Below are positions 4,697-15,197 of a stretch of 24,000 bases of DNA, one piece after another. The stretch's first letter is position 1. Each line of letters opens with the position of its first letter. The notes beneath the pieces were generated by a model that made no database searches, had not been told where the DNA came from, and saw only the letters and a list, made by a program, of their open reading frames with translations. A program made the translations under genes and the position numbers. This stretch comes from Veillonella sp. VA142 (GTDB taxonomy: Bacteria > Bacillota > Negativicutes > Veillonellales > Veillonellaceae). The DNA lies in contig NZ_RQVN01000005.1 in assembly GCF_003992135.1 (NCBI RefSeq), forward strand, positions 1-24,000, written 5' to 3'.

Positions 4697-7069
4697 ATGA
4701 GAGAAGAAATATTAGGATTTTTTAGAGATATATGGCCTGAATCCTATCATATAGAAGATGTTCCTTTCATCTTGGGTTATAAAGGCGAAGAGATTCAGGC
4801 GTATTTTTCAGTATTACATGAATTAGAAGAAGAAGGATGCATCCGTATCAAAGACGGTGAATATGGTTCCTATCAAAAAACACAAGATACGAAATTGATT
4901 GGTATCTATAAAGCGAGCAAAAAAGGCTTTGGATTTGTAATACCTGCCGAGGGGAACCTGCCAGATGTATTCATTCCCAATGGTTGTGCAGGGACAGCTA
5001 TGCATGATGATGAAGTAGAATATATTATCAAGCGAAAAGGTACGAGTGAACGAAATGCAGAAGGTATTATCCGCCGTGTTGTGACTCGAAATACAACTCG
5101 TGTAGTAGGTATATTTGAACGACTTCCGAAAAGTGGCTTTGTAACACCCCATAATGAACGATTAGGGGAGGATATTTATATTCCTCTAGAGGCTACAATG
5201 GAAGCACGAAGTGGCGCCACTGTAGTGGTAGAATTGACGGCTTGGCCAGAAGAACATCGTAAAGCAGAAGGAAGAATTGTAGAAATCGTAGGGGATAGTT
5301 CTACCCCAGATTTAGATATCTTGTCAGTGATGGCTACCTTTGATTTGCCAAAAGAGTTTCCAAAAGATGTGCAAGAAGAAGCGCGGAAGATTTCTTTCAC
5401 AGTTACTGATGAAGCATATCGTTTAGATTTAAGACATCAACAAATGATTACTATAGATGGGGAAGATGCAAAGGATTTAGATGATGCTGTACATGCGAAA
5501 GTATTGGATAATGGCAACATTGAGTTAGGGGTTCATATTGCAGATGTCAGCCACTACGTACCAGCTGGCTCCATCATTGACCAAGAGGCATATCGCCGTG
5601 GTACTAGTGTTTATTTGGTAGACCGCGTCATCCCTATGTTACCAGTGGAGTTATCAAACGGTATTTGTTCTTTGCAAGCAAAGGAAGATCGCTACGCTAT
5701 GTCTTGTGTAATGGAAGTAACTCCTCAAGGTAAAGTATTGCACTATACCATAAAGCCATCTATTATCCACATCACTCGTCGTTGTAGCTATAAAGAAATT
5801 TATTTAGCCTTAGAAGAGAACATCATTCCTGATGATTTGTCACCTCTCATGGGTATGGTACGAACGTTGGAAACCTTGGCATACCAATTGATGAAGATGC
5901 GTCAACAAGCAGGGGCCATAAGTTTTGAGTTCCCAGAGTATAAAGTTCTTTTAGATGCTACGGGCATACCACAACGAATAGTGCGAAAAGATAGAACCAT
6001 TGCAGAAAAATTAATTGAACAATGTATGTTATTAGCTAACGAAACAGTAGCGACCTTTCTCAGTGAACGATTAGACACATCTATCTATCGTATTCATGAA
6101 GAACCAAAGGATACTAAATTAGAACAGCTCATTACGGTCCTACATCATTCTGGATATCCTGTGAAACTGCCAAGCAAGGTTGAGCCTAAGCATATTGAAG
6201 AGTTATTACAATCTATCATCGGTACAGAGATTGAACCAGTGGTACAGATTATGGTGCTTCGTTCTATGCAACAAGCAAAGTATAGCTCGGAACATATTGG
6301 ACACTTTGGGCTGGCATCTAATACATATACCCATTTTACATCGCCCATCCGTCGCTACCCCGATTTGATGGTGCATAGATTGTTACGCTATGTGTTAGGA
6401 GGTAAGCCCAAACGACTCGCACCGATTGCAGACGAGGCCTATTTGACGCATAGTGCCAGCCATTGTTCAGAGCGTGAGCAAATTGCCACAGAAGCAGAAC
6501 GTGAAACCTTGGATATGAAAAAGGTTCAGTATATGGCACAATATGTAGGTGAAAGTTTCGAGGGTCATGTGATCTCCATTACCGCTTTTGGTTTATTTAT
6601 TGAACTAGATAATGGGGTGGATGGATTAGTTCCATATAACTTGATGGATGATGATCATTATGTCTTTGATGAACCTCATTATATGGCCTATGGTAGACGG
6701 ACTGGCAAGGAATATCGATTAGGAACACCTGTGACAGTAACATTAATCAAAGCCGATACAGAGCTTCGACAAATAGATTTTGTTATTGGAGAAGTAAAAT
6801 ATATCGATGGATACCTACGGCGAGGACAAAGTCGTGAAGAGTCACTTTCAAAACCTAAAAAAGGAAGTAAAAAAAACTATAAGAAGCACAAAGAAGAGAA
6901 ACGAAAACGTCGTGATAGCCAATCTCATGATATAATAGAAACGACAGAAACAACAAAAGCGGTAGAGCAAATGCTACGCAAGCTGGATACAAAAAAGAAA
7001 ACAGCCTTTTATGAAACGATACATAAAAAGAGTCATCGTAAACAAGGAAAGAAACAGAGGAAACGGTAA
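4697..7069 (+). CDS. rnr: Ribonuclease R
   Basis: 790 aa. RNB catalytic motifs (IDGEDAKDLDDAV, HFGLA...YTHFTSPIRRYPDL), a C-terminal S1 domain and a lysine-rich tail. Confidence 0.95.
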   Translation: MREEILGFFRDIWPESYHIEDVPFILGYKGEEIQAYFSVLHELEEEGCIRIKDGEYGSYQKTQDTKLIGIYKASKKGFGFVIPAEGNLPDVFIPNGCAGTAMHDDEVEYIIKRKGTSERNAEGIIRRVVTRNTTRVVGIFERLPKSGFVTPHNERLGEDIYIPLEATMEARSGATVVVELTAWPEEHRKAEGRIVEIVGDSSTPDLDILSVMATFDLPKEFPKDVQEEARKISFTVTDEAYRLDLRHQQMITIDGEDAKDLDDAVHAKVLDNGNIELGVHIADVSHYVPAGSIIDQEAYRRGTSVYLVDRVIPMLPVELSNGICSLQAKEDRYAMSCVMEVTPQGKVLHYTIKPSIIHITRRCSYKEIYLALEENIIPDDLSPLMGMVRTLETLAYQLMKMRQQAGAISFEFPEYKVLLDATGIPQRIVRKDRTIAEKLIEQCMLLANETVATFLSERLDTSIYRIHEEPKDTKLEQLITVLHHSGYPVKLPSKVEPKHIEELLQSIIGTEIEPVVQIMVLRSMQQAKYSSEHIGHFGLASNTYTHFTSPIRRYPDLMVHRLLRYVLGGKPKRLAPIADEAYLTHSASHCSEREQIATEAERETLDMKKVQYMAQYVGESFEGHVISITAFGLFIELDNGVDGLVPYNLMDDDHYVFDEPHYMAYGRRTGKEYRLGTPVTVTLIKADTELRQIDFVIGEVKYIDGYLRRGQSREESLSKPKKGSKKNYKKHKEEKRKRRDSQSHDIIETTETTKAVEQMLRKLDTKKKTAFYETIHKKSHRKQGKKQRKR

Positions 7070-7533
7070 TGGCGAAAGATAACAATGCATTAATTGTAGA
7101 TAATCGCAAAGCTCGGCACGACTTTCACATTCATGAAACTTATGAGGCAGGGATTGCCCTTACAGGAACGGAAGTGAAGTCGATTCGAGCTGGGCGCATC
7201 AATTTAAAAGATAGTTTCTGTCGCATTGAAAATGGGGAACTTTTCTTATACCAAGTACATATCAGCAAGTATGAACAGGGCAATCAGTTCAATCACGAAC
7301 CGGAACGAACTCGTAAATTGCTCATGCATAAACGAGAGATTCATAAATTGTTAGGACAAGTGAAGGAGAAAGGGTATTCCCTGATTCCTTTGAACTTTCA
7401 CTATAGTCATGGGTATGTAAAAGTTACCATTGGTCTTGTGACAGGTAAGAAAAACTACGATAAACGACAAGATATGGCGGAGCGAGATGCGAAACGAGAT
7501 ATTCAACGTCGTATGAAAGAACAAAATCGGTAG
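7069..7533 (+). CDS. smpB: SsrA-binding protein SmpB
   Basis: NRKARHDFHI...EAGIALTGTEVKSIR...LLMHKREI is the canonical SmpB pattern. The start overlaps the rnr stop by 1 nt (TAATG). Confidence 0.95.
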   Translation: MAKDNNALIVDNRKARHDFHIHETYEAGIALTGTEVKSIRAGRINLKDSFCRIENGELFLYQVHISKYEQGNQFNHEPERTRKLLMHKREIHKLLGQVKEKGYSLIPLNFHYSHGYVKVTIGLVTGKKNYDKRQDMAERDAKRDIQRRMKEQNR

Positions 7534-7546
7534 GAAAGGAGGGTCT

Positions 7547-8374
7547 ATGTTAGTCGATTTCCACATGCATACGAACGTATCAGACGGTACGTATATGCCA
7601 AGAGATTTGGTGGCATTAGCAAAAGAGAAACATATACAAGCGATGTCTATTACGGATCATGATGAAGTGGGTGCTTACGCTCAATTAACAGATGAGGATA
7701 GAACAGGGATTCAAATCTATCATGGTTGTGAATTTAGCACGTATTACCATGAAAAAGAAGTGCACGTATTGGGATATCAATTTTCCTTAGACCATCTGGA
7801 ACTACAGGACTATATTTCTCACTTTAAAGAAGTGCGACGTTCTAGAATCCATAAAATGGTAGATAAATGTGCGGAATCTGGTTATGACATTTCCTATGAA
7901 GAATTAGTGAATACTTTTACGGATGCCGTATCCTTTGGTAGGCCTCACATTGCACAACTTTTAATCAAACATGGATATGTCAAAACAGTGGGGGAAGCCT
8001 TTGATACCATGTTAAACCCCAATGGTCCTTGCTTTGTGCCGAAGGAAAAGTATGCGCCACAACAAGCTATTGATTTGATTCATGGTGCCGGTGGTATTGC
8101 TGTGTTAGCACATCCTAAATTAGTAGAAAATGATACCTATGTACATGAGTTATTGGAATTGCCTTTTGATGGAGTGGAGGTTTATCATTCTAGTCATTCT
8201 GCTGAGGATAGTGCTAAATACCATCAATTTGCTACTGATAGGGGATTGTTAATCTCTGGTGGATCGGACTTTCACGGCATACAAGATCGGTTTCCTGAAA
8301 GTATTGGTTTAGGTGAATATGAAATACAAAGTGAATGGGTAGCAGATTTTATGAAAGCCTTACAAGGCACATAG
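7547..8374 (+). CDS. PHP-domain phosphoesterase (TrpH/YciV-like)
   Basis: N-terminal VDFHMHTNVSDG, ITDHD, and later AHP and GGSDFHG metal-binding motifs typical of the PHP family. Confidence 0.8.
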   Translation: MLVDFHMHTNVSDGTYMPRDLVALAKEKHIQAMSITDHDEVGAYAQLTDEDRTGIQIYHGCEFSTYYHEKEVHVLGYQFSLDHLELQDYISHFKEVRRSRIHKMVDKCAESGYDISYEELVNTFTDAVSFGRPHIAQLLIKHGYVKTVGEAFDTMLNPNGPCFVPKEKYAPQQAIDLIHGAGGIAVLAHPKLVENDTYVHELLELPFDGVEVYHSSHSAEDSAKYHQFATDRGLLISGGSDFHGIQDRFPESIGLGEYEIQSEWVADFMKALQGT

Positions 8375-8383
8375 AGGTGTAGT

Positions 8384-9241
8384 ATGGATGTAATCGCATT
8401 TATTGGCCCTAGCGGAACAGGTAAAAGTCATAGAGCATTGGTAGTGGCTCATGAACACCATGCATCTTGTATTATTGATGACGGTATTTTAATTTATAAT
8501 AATCGTATTGTTGGTGGATTTTCTGCAAAAAAAGAAGAAAATCGCATCAAAGCTGTTCGCCGTGCTATTTTTCAAGATAAAAAACAAGTGGAAAGCGTGC
8601 GAAAGGCACTGGATGAAATTCAACCAGAGCGCCTTATGATTTTGGGTACATCGGAAAATATGATTGGAAAAATCACGAAAGCTTTAGGGATTCCTGGGCC
8701 GTCCTATTATATTCATATTGAAGATGTAGCTAGTCCGAAGGATATTGAAAAAGCACAACATGCTAGATTAAAAGAGGGAAAACATATTATTCCCGTACCA
8801 TCCGTGGAGTTAAAGCCTCACTTTAAAGGCTTTTTAATCGACCCTATTAAGTCGTTCTGGCGCAGAACTAGATTGTCTTCGAAACAAGATGAAGGTTGGG
8901 AAAAATCTGTGATTCGCCCAGCTTTCAGCTATTATGGCAAACTGGTCTTTGAAGATGCAGTGATTCAAGCACTCATCAAAAATAGCATTGAAAAATCCCC
9001 AGGTGTGACAGATGTGCGCAGTATGGATATCAAAAAGAGCAAGGAAGTCACCAATGGGTTAATCTTACAAATTGATGTTACCGTTATGCTCGGATTTGTG
9101 GTTAAGGAAATTATGGATACCTTGCAAAAGACGATACGTCAAGAAATAGAATATATTACAGGCATGTCCATAGAGCGGCTTGCCATTAAGGTGGGTGGCA
9201 CCATTGAGCCATCAAAAGTAAAATACAAGCATAAGGAGTAA
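8384..9241 (+). CDS. Two-domain protein: N-terminal P-loop domain (HPr-kinase-like Walker A context) fused to a C-terminal Asp23/Gls24-like domain
   Basis: N-terminal: IGPSGTGKSHRALVVAHEHHASCIIDDGILI (compare the HprK pattern GxSGxGKSxxALxxxxxxHxLxxDD). C-terminal: GKLVFEDAVIQALIKNSIEKSPGV...ILQIDVTVMLGFVVKEIMDTLQKTIRQEIEYITGMSIERLAIKV resembles Asp23-family architecture. Motif-level call only. Confidence 0.6.
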   Translation: MDVIAFIGPSGTGKSHRALVVAHEHHASCIIDDGILIYNNRIVGGFSAKKEENRIKAVRRAIFQDKKQVESVRKALDEIQPERLMILGTSENMIGKITKALGIPGPSYYIHIEDVASPKDIEKAQHARLKEGKHIIPVPSVELKPHFKGFLIDPIKSFWRRTRLSSKQDEGWEKSVIRPAFSYYGKLVFEDAVIQALIKNSIEKSPGVTDVRSMDIKKSKEVTNGLILQIDVTVMLGFVVKEIMDTLQKTIRQEIEYITGMSIERLAIKVGGTIEPSKVKYKHKE

Positions 9242-9242
9242 T

Positions 9243-10553
9243 ATGAAGTCATACTATATTTATACATACGGTTGTCAAATGAATGAAAGTGATTCTGAAC
9301 GATTAGCTCATCAATTAGAGTCGGTCGGTTATATCGCTACAGAAGAAGTAAATGAGGCAGATCTTATCATTTTAAATACTTGTTGCGTTCGTGAAACGGC
9401 GGAAAATAAAATTTATGGTCGTATTGGTGAGTTAAAGCATTTGAAAGAAAAGAATAAAAACTTAATCATTGCTATAACGGGCTGTATGGCACAGAAGAAC
9501 CAAGCAGATATGTTCAAACGAGCACCTCACATTGATATTGTATTGGGTACGCATAATATCCAACATATCAATGAAATGGTCAAAGAAGTGCAACGTACCA
9601 AAAAGCGCCAAGTCAACGTAGAGATGGACAATACGGTATTGCCGGAATTGGCTGCGAAGCCAAATGGGACCTTCTTTGCGTGGGTGCCGATTATGAACGG
9701 CTGTAATAAATTTTGTACCTACTGTATCGTACCTCATGTGCGGGGCCGTGAAATTAGTCGCCCTGTAGAGGCCATCGTGAAAGAAGTGCGTGAACTGGGA
9801 GAAAAAGGATTTAAAGAAATTACCTTATTAGGACAAAACGTAAACTCTTATGGTTTGGATTTTAAAGATGGCACAGACTTTGGTACCTTAGTAGATGCCT
9901 TAGATGGCATTCCAGGTATCGAGCGTATTCGCTATATGACAAGCCATCCCCAAGATATGACGAAAGCCATGGTGGATGCCTTAGGTCGTTCTTCTAATAT
10001 TGTGACGCAGTTACATCTACCAGTACAGTCTGGATCTGACAATATTTTACAACGCATGAATCGTCATTATTCTGTAGAACAATATAAAGATTTATTACAA
10101 TATTGCCGTGAAAAAATCGATGGCGTTACGATCACTACAGATATTATTGTTGGATTCCCTGGGGAAACAGAGGAAGATTTCCAACAAACATTGCAATTAT
10201 TGAAAGATGTCCGTTATGATATGGCATTTACTTTCATTTATTCTAAACGTTCTGGTACACCAGCGGCAGAATTTGAAGAGCAAGTACCAGAGGAAGTGAA
10301 ACGTGTTCGCTTACAAGCTTTAATGGACGTACAAAATGAGATTTCTCTTGAATTGAATCAAGCTATGGAAGGCAAAGTGTACGATATTATCGTAGAAGGA
10401 CCGAGTCGTACTGATGAAAATATGTGGTTTGGTCGTACGTCAGGTAATAAAATGGTCCTATTCCCAAAACAAGATGGTTTAAATGTTGGGGATATTGTTG
10501 ATGTACGAATCGATAAAGGACAAACGTGGGTATTATACGGCACTGTACTATAG
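9243..10553 (+). CDS. miaB: tRNA-2-methylthio-N6-dimethylallyladenosine synthase MiaB (radical SAM)
   Basis: YIYTYGCQMNESDSE (UPF0004 domain), CNKFCTYCIVP radical-SAM cluster, and a C-terminal TRAM domain. Confidence 0.95.
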   Translation: MKSYYIYTYGCQMNESDSERLAHQLESVGYIATEEVNEADLIILNTCCVRETAENKIYGRIGELKHLKEKNKNLIIAITGCMAQKNQADMFKRAPHIDIVLGTHNIQHINEMVKEVQRTKKRQVNVEMDNTVLPELAAKPNGTFFAWVPIMNGCNKFCTYCIVPHVRGREISRPVEAIVKEVRELGEKGFKEITLLGQNVNSYGLDFKDGTDFGTLVDALDGIPGIERIRYMTSHPQDMTKAMVDALGRSSNIVTQLHLPVQSGSDNILQRMNRHYSVEQYKDLLQYCREKIDGVTITTDIIVGFPGETEEDFQQTLQLLKDVRYDMAFTFIYSKRSGTPAAEFEEQVPEEVKRVRLQALMDVQNEISLELNQAMEGKVYDIIVEGPSRTDENMWFGRTSGNKMVLFPKQDGLNVGDIVDVRIDKGQTWVLYGTVL

Positions 10554-10568
10554 AAAGGAGTTAGCAGA

Positions 10569-13169
10569 ATGGGCAAGAAACAAACGCCTATGATGGAGCA
10601 GTATTTTAGTATTAAAGCTCGCTATGAAAAGGAACTATTATTTTTTCGATTAGGTGACTTTTACGAGCTTTTTTACGACGATGCTATCACCGCATCACGT
10701 GAATTGAATATTACCTTGACAGGTCGCAATGCGGGTGAAGAAGATAAAGCTCCTATGTGTGGCGTTCCTTTCCATTCTGCAGAATCCTATATTGAAAGAC
10801 TCATCAGTAAAGGGTACAAGGTAGCCATCTGTGAACAAGTGGAAGATCCTAAAGAGGCAAAGGGTATCGTAAAACGTGATGTCATTCGTGTTATTACACC
10901 GGGTACTGTACTCAGTGAAAATGGTACAAAAGATGGAGAAAATAACTTCTTAGCTTTGATCTATGAAACAGAGGGACAGCGCATTGTATTATTCGCAGAC
11001 ATCACTACTGGAGAAGTGATTTGGGAACGGATGGATACGTCTAGTGAAAGTTCTTTATTTGATGCTTTCACTATGTATCAACCAAAAGAGCTTATCCTAG
11101 CTGGTAGTAGTGAATTACCTACTAGTATACAAGATTTTCTGGCACGTCAAATGGCAGGTATAGCCTTGTCTCCGTTCATGCCTACAGATAGTATTGACAG
11201 TATTCGTCTAAAAGGTCGTGAACATTTTTCAGATGCCGGCTTGCTAGAAGAAGATGTGTTAGAGGCTCTAGGCTACGTGATTCTCTATTTAGAAGACATC
11301 ATTAAAACAGATACGTCTCACATTAATTATGTACATCAACTATCCGTGGGAGACCGCATGATATTGGACACATCATGTTTGCGCCATTTGGAGGTTACAA
11401 GAAATATTCGTGATGGGTCTAAAAAGGGGACTCTCCTAGATGTACTAGATAAAACATTAACCCCTATGGGGGCTCGTATGCTAAAACAGTGGATTGAACA
11501 TCCTTTAATGGATATCCATCGTATCGTGCGCCGTCAAATGGGCATAGGTGAGTCTATCGATAACCCCACCATGCGTAGTCAACTACGTTCATTATTAACC
11601 TCTGTGTATGACTTTGAACGCATTTTAAGCCGTGTAGAAACGGGCAGTGTGTCTCCTAGAGATTTTGCATCCTTACGAGAATCGTTACGGGTGTTGCCGA
11701 TGATTCAAGAGGTATTACAACAGTGTACCTCTAATATTTTACAAGACTGTCACAGCATGATTCATACCCATGATGACTTATGTGATCTTTTAACGCGTGC
11801 TATTGTAGATCAACCGTCCTTGGCTTTGAAAGATGGTCATGTCATCCGTGATGGCTATAATGTGGAACTAGATGAGTTACGTTCCTTAGCCACCAATAGC
11901 CAAGAGTGGTTACATCGGTTAGAAGAAGAGGCGAAACAAGCCACAGGGATTCGTCTTAAAACGGGATACAATAAAGTATTTGGGTACTATTTTGAAGTAT
12001 CCCAAGGGCAAGTAGGTCTCGTACCAGATTATTTCATTCGTAAGCAAACCTTAACCAATGCGGAGCGCTATATTACACCAGAGCTAAAAGAGTTTGAAAT
12101 AAAAATGCTCAACGCCAAAGAGCAGATCCAAAAATTGGAATATTCTTTGTACCAAGACTTACGTCTTAAGGCAAAAGAAAATATTAAAGAGATACAAGAA
12201 ACAGCGCGTGGAATTGCCCAGTTAGACGTCATTTTAAGCCTAGGAGAAGTGGCTTTTTCTAACAAATATGTGTGTCCGACGATTGTCACGAATGGCTCTA
12301 TTTCCATCAAAGATGGTCGCCATCCAGTGATTGAAACATTGTTGAAACAAGAATTATTCATTCCTAATGATGTGGTATTGAACCATTCCGAAGAAGAGTT
12401 CATTCTTATTACAGGTCCTAACATGGCAGGTAAATCTACTTATATGCGTCAGGTAGCTCTGCTTATGATTATGGCTCAAATTGGTTCTTTCATTCCAGCT
12501 AGAGAAGCGACTATCGCACCTGTGGACAGAATTTTTACACGGGTCGGTGCCAGTGATGATATTTCCACAGGTCAAAGTACATTTATGGTGGAAATGAAAG
12601 AAGTGTCTTATATCTTAGAGCATGCAACGTGCAACAGTTTAGTCATCCTCGACGAAATAGGTCGTGGTACGTCCACATTTGATGGCCTTAGCATTGCTCG
12701 TGCCGTGGTGGAACATATTTGTGAAACCATCCACTGTAAAAGCTTGTTCGCTACTCACTATCACGAATTAATTGAACTGGAAGACCAATATAGCAAACTG
12801 AAAAACTATACGGTAGCGGTTAAAGATAAAGGCAATGATGTACTATTTTTGCGCCGCATTGTAAAAGGTGGGGCAGATCGCAGTTATGGTATTCATGTAG
12901 CAAAATTAGCAGGATTACCAAAAGCTGTACTAGATAGAGCGAATACTATATTAGCTCATTTGGAAAATGGAACGGTAGTATCGGAACCAGTGCTTAAGAA
13001 AAAAGAAAAACCAAGCGTTACAGGTCCTCTATTGGGGAGCGGTGATTTATTCGCACAACCTGTACTCGATCAATTGTTGAAGCTTGATATTATGAGTATG
13101 ACGCCCATAGAGGCAATCAGTGAATTATATCGTTTACAAGAAGAGGCGAAACAAGGAGGTGGCAAATAA
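10569..13169 (+). CDS. mutS: DNA mismatch repair protein MutS
   Basis: TPMMEQYFSIK...FFRLGDFYELFYDDA N-terminus, Walker A GPNMAGKSTYMRQ, and DEIGRGTSTFDG. Confidence 0.97.
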   Translation: MGKKQTPMMEQYFSIKARYEKELLFFRLGDFYELFYDDAITASRELNITLTGRNAGEEDKAPMCGVPFHSAESYIERLISKGYKVAICEQVEDPKEAKGIVKRDVIRVITPGTVLSENGTKDGENNFLALIYETEGQRIVLFADITTGEVIWERMDTSSESSLFDAFTMYQPKELILAGSSELPTSIQDFLARQMAGIALSPFMPTDSIDSIRLKGREHFSDAGLLEEDVLEALGYVILYLEDIIKTDTSHINYVHQLSVGDRMILDTSCLRHLEVTRNIRDGSKKGTLLDVLDKTLTPMGARMLKQWIEHPLMDIHRIVRRQMGIGESIDNPTMRSQLRSLLTSVYDFERILSRVETGSVSPRDFASLRESLRVLPMIQEVLQQCTSNILQDCHSMIHTHDDLCDLLTRAIVDQPSLALKDGHVIRDGYNVELDELRSLATNSQEWLHRLEEEAKQATGIRLKTGYNKVFGYYFEVSQGQVGLVPDYFIRKQTLTNAERYITPELKEFEIKMLNAKEQIQKLEYSLYQDLRLKAKENIKEIQETARGIAQLDVILSLGEVAFSNKYVCPTIVTNGSISIKDGRHPVIETLLKQELFIPNDVVLNHSEEEFILITGPNMAGKSTYMRQVALLMIMAQIGSFIPAREATIAPVDRIFTRVGASDDISTGQSTFMVEMKEVSYILEHATCNSLVILDEIGRGTSTFDGLSIARAVVEHICETIHCKSLFATHYHELIELEDQYSKLKNYTVAVKDKGNDVLFLRRIVKGGADRSYGIHVAKLAGLPKAVLDRANTILAHLENGTVVSEPVLKKKEKPSVTGPLLGSGDLFAQPVLDQLLKLDIMSMTPIEAISELYRLQEEAKQGGGK

Positions 13170-15196
13170 TGCCAACCATTCATGTCCTAGATGAAACGAC
13201 TATCAATCAGATAGCAGCCGGCGAAGTGGTAGAGCGCCCTGCCTCTGTGATCAAAGAGTTAGTAGAAAATGCTATCGATGCAGGAGCTACTTCTATTGAA
13301 GTAGAAATTGTAGAAGGTGGCATCGAATACATGCGCATTACCGATAATGGGTGTGGTATGTCCGAAGTAGATGCAAGGCTAGCCGTATTGCGCCATGCCA
13401 CTAGTAAGATTCGCAGTGCCGACGATTTATACGACATTGCCTCATTAGGTTTCCGTGGTGAAGCCATTGCCAGTATTGCTTCTGTATCTAAATTTACCTT
13501 GCGGACTCGACAAGAATCGGATAATATGGGCACACGGATTTATATCGAAGGTGGTCATATGATAGACTGCGACCCATGTGGTACATCGGTGGGTACCTCC
13601 ATTGAGGTGAAAGATTTATTCTATAACACCCCTGCTCGTAAAAAGTTTTTAAAGTCTATACGAACAGAGGCGAACAAAATCCAAGATATGATTGGCAAAT
13701 TATCTCTTAGCCATAACCATATAGCTTTCAAATGTATCGTGGATACTCGTGTGACCATCATGACACCAGGAAATGGAAATATGGTGGATACTATCGCTGC
13801 TTTATACGGATTTAAAGTCAGTGAAGATGTATTTCCCATTGCCTATGAGGCAGAAGGTATTTATGTGGAGGGCGTGGTCAGCAAGCCAACGGTACTAAAA
13901 AGTAGCCGTCAATGGCAAACGACCATTGTAAACCAACGTGTCATTTCCGATAAAGCTATCTACAAGGCTATCGATACGGCGTACCATGCCCTATTACCGA
14001 AAGGCGGCTATCCTTTAGTAGTATTACAAATTGTCGTGCCACCAGGAACGGTGGATATCAATGTACATCCACGAAAAAGTGAAGTGAAATTCTCTGACGA
14101 TAAGCCGATTTTTAAGGCAGTGTATAGCAGTATTTTACAAGCCTTAGAACATCCGACTCATCACACGACTAGCCATCAAGAAGAAACCATTGCTACAGCT
14201 ATCGACTACGATAAAGTATTCACTGGACGTTCGCAAGGATTTACGGTGATGCGTGAAAAAACAGAGGCTCTCGTGGATACGATTCGTCAAAAGGGATATA
14301 CAGCGCCACAGCGCACTGTGTATGAACAAGGTAACTTTAACGAAACCCTAGATGTGAATGAAAACTTTGTGCCTAAAAGTTATACACAAGAGGATAAAGA
14401 TCGGTTTAGAGCTATTCGTGAATCACGGCCTAATTTAGTACCAAGTTCTGTAGAGCCATATATGGACCCAATGAGGCAGGAATCCGTGTATAAGGACTCA
14501 AGTGTATCACCAGAACTAGTAAAAACAGCGGGTTCTTCTACAGAGGGACATGTTTTTACAGATGATTCACAGGATTACAATATCCAAGGACTTGTAAACA
14601 AGGTTGGTGAAGGTAGAACAATAGCTAATCATGGATTACTTCCTATGGGCCAAGTAGCCTCTTGCTATATTTTGGCAAAAAAAGGTGATGATTTATACAT
14701 TATCGACCAACATGCAGCGCACGAGCGTGTGCGGTATGATAAACTATGCAAATCTTCCGAGTCCATTCCTATGCAGGAACTATTAATGCCTATGCACATG
14801 GATGTGAGCGAGGAAGAATTAACATTGGCGGAAGAGCAAAGGGATGCTTTATTAGATTTAGGATTCCAAGTAGACCAAGGAGGACCTACTTCTTTACGTA
14901 TTGATGGTCATCCTGTGGATATCATTGAAAGCAAAGTTCCAGAGATTTTACAATACGTATTTTCCTACATGCATGATCATCAAAGCCCAAGTGCGGCGCA
15001 ATTACGTCATGAAATGTTGGCCTATGCTTCCTGTCGTGGGGCCATTAAAGCGGGGCATAATCTAAACTTGGTACAAATTGATGCTTTACTACAAGACCTG
15101 TTCAGCACGGAAAAGCCCTATGTATGTCCCCATGGACGACCTACGATTATTAAATTTACACCAGATGAATTAGGAAAATTGTTTTTACGGAGTTAG
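13169..15196 (+). CDS. mutL: DNA mismatch repair protein MutL
   Basis: NQIAAGEVVERPASVIKELVENAIDAGA GHKL ATPase N-terminus. C-terminal dimerisation/endonuclease region (DQHAAHERV, CPHGRP). The start overlaps the mutS stop. Confidence 0.95.
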   Translation: MPTIHVLDETTINQIAAGEVVERPASVIKELVENAIDAGATSIEVEIVEGGIEYMRITDNGCGMSEVDARLAVLRHATSKIRSADDLYDIASLGFRGEAIASIASVSKFTLRTRQESDNMGTRIYIEGGHMIDCDPCGTSVGTSIEVKDLFYNTPARKKFLKSIRTEANKIQDMIGKLSLSHNHIAFKCIVDTRVTIMTPGNGNMVDTIAALYGFKVSEDVFPIAYEAEGIYVEGVVSKPTVLKSSRQWQTTIVNQRVISDKAIYKAIDTAYHALLPKGGYPLVVLQIVVPPGTVDINVHPRKSEVKFSDDKPIFKAVYSSILQALEHPTHHTTSHQEETIATAIDYDKVFTGRSQGFTVMREKTEALVDTIRQKGYTAPQRTVYEQGNFNETLDVNENFVPKSYTQEDKDRFRAIRESRPNLVPSSVEPYMDPMRQESVYKDSSVSPELVKTAGSSTEGHVFTDDSQDYNIQGLVNKVGEGRTIANHGLLPMGQVASCYILAKKGDDLYIIDQHAAHERVRYDKLCKSSESIPMQELLMPMHMDVSEEELTLAEEQRDALLDLGFQVDQGGPTSLRIDGHPVDIIESKVPEILQYVFSYMHDHQSPSAAQLRHEMLAYASCRGAIKAGHNLNLVQIDALLQDLFSTEKPYVCPHGRPTIIKFTPDELGKLFLRS

Positions 15197-15197
15197 T

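Noticed and set aside
6830-7066. Lysine/arginine-rich low-complexity C-terminal tail of RNase R
   Set aside because: A basic C-terminal tail is a normal feature of RNase R, so it is not an anomaly or a separate gene.
4823-7109. Internal and antisense ORFs within rnr (4823-5152, 5176-5400, 6145-6348, 6180-6368, 6336-6539, 6855-7109)
   Set aside because: All lie inside the confidently identified RNase R gene and are typical shadow ORFs.
9462-14329. Antisense ORFs within miaB, mutS and mutL (for example 9462-9737, 10358-10576, 12068-12424, 12354-12575, 13207-13533, 13621-13839, 14144-14329)
   Set aside because: These are shadows of long, strongly supported housekeeping genes.
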